Shown one piece after another: positions 31,619 through 32,000 of a stretch of DNA of 32,000 bases (position 1 is its first letter; each line of letters starts with the position of its first letter). The position numbers were made by a program, and so were the translations under genes. The stretch is from Candidatus Saccharimonas aalborgensis. GTDB taxonomy: Bacteria; Patescibacteriota; Saccharimonadia; Saccharimonadales; Saccharimonadaceae. The notes beneath the pieces are model-generated. The model had not been told where the DNA came from and made no database searches. It was given only the letters and a program-made list of their open reading frames with translations. The stretch spans positions 840,001-872,000 of the forward strand of contig NC_021219.1 in assembly GCF_000392435.1 (NCBI RefSeq), read 5' to 3'.

Positions 31619-32000
31619 AAGCGATATCACCAACCTTGAGCGTCATTGTCTGCGCGTATAATGAAGCCGATACGATTAAGCCTTGTCTATCATCACTTAT
31701 GGAGCAACGAAAGGATATAGATGAGATTATTGTCGTCGACAATAACTCGACCGACGATACTGTCGCTATCATCAAGAAACATTTTCCAGATATCACTGTC
31801 GTCCATGAGTCAGAACAGGGATTGATACCGGCTCGAAATACCGCTTTTGACCGTGCTACGGGTATGGTTATGGCGCGCGTTGATGCTGACGCAAAGATAT
31901 TGCCAGGCTGGGCGCACGCCATAAAGCAACATTTTGCTTCGCACCCGGAGCTTTGGGCTGCTACCGGCACGGTATATTACTACGATGCTCCCCTACGGCA
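31615..32000 (+). CDS. family 2 glycosyltransferase, N-terminal part (runs off window end)
   Basis: Own translation from ATG 31615 (ATGA overlap with the pyrH stop): MKAISPTLSVIVCAYNEADTIKPCLSSL...IIVVDNNSTDDT...ARNTAF...RVDADA. Not in the ORF track because there is no stop in the window. Confidence 0.75.
   Translation, partial: MKAISPTLSVIVCAYNEADTIKPCLSSLMEQRKDIDEIIVVDNNSTDDTVAIIKKHFPDITVVHESEQGLIPARNTAFDRATGMVMARVDADAKILPGWAHAIKQHFASHPELWAATGTVYYYDAPLR

Overview
The window is a compact, almost gap-free bacterial chromosome segment. Hand-counted 60-nt lines give about 45-55% GC. The gene set is Gram-positive or CPR-like: sortase, LysM, PEGA, DUF3048, VanY, CapA and many TM-anchored surface proteins. 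A Saccharibacteria-like origin is my inference only and cannot be verified here. I support about 30 CDS, 2 tRNAs (Glu-CTC, Leu-CAA), 2 pseudogenes and several repeats. Housekeeping genes are gltX, pyrH, xth, a partial pgl-like gene, an HK/RR pair, and a gmk-like/NUDIX/HAD/YjeF-like operon. Five things deserve a second look. (1) A tight minus-strand operon (6150->333) joins a NOX/FRE-type transmembrane flavocytochrome to two surface proteins ending in a cytochrome b5-like domain, one of them on a stalk of 7 Ig-like repeats, each followed by a DUF4352-like protein. This is a candidate trans-envelope electron-transfer system and my best candidate for an undescribed system. (2) Two compositional islands of 62-68% GC have strong G/C-ending codons. 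One lies directly after tRNA-Leu (22111-22713). The other lies between the divergent xth and pyrH promoters (28784-30834) and carries an SPFH/band-7 protein plus a 2-TM protein. That island is flanked by a 9-bp direct repeat, and its SPFH gene is bracketed by a perfect 16-bp inverted repeat. (3) Three tandem copies and one distant degenerate copy of the tRNA-Glu 3' end bracket a roughly 5 kb accessory segment. It holds a transposase remnant, a signal-less LysM protein and an atypical ABC exporter. (4) Two genes look recently damaged: an MFS gene with two in-frame stops and a VanY gene frameshifted at a homopolymer. (5) Many genes have a TATAAT/TATACT box 6-8 nt before the start codon and no SD, which suggests leaderless mRNAs. 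All functional calls come from motif recognition by eye. No database search was possible.
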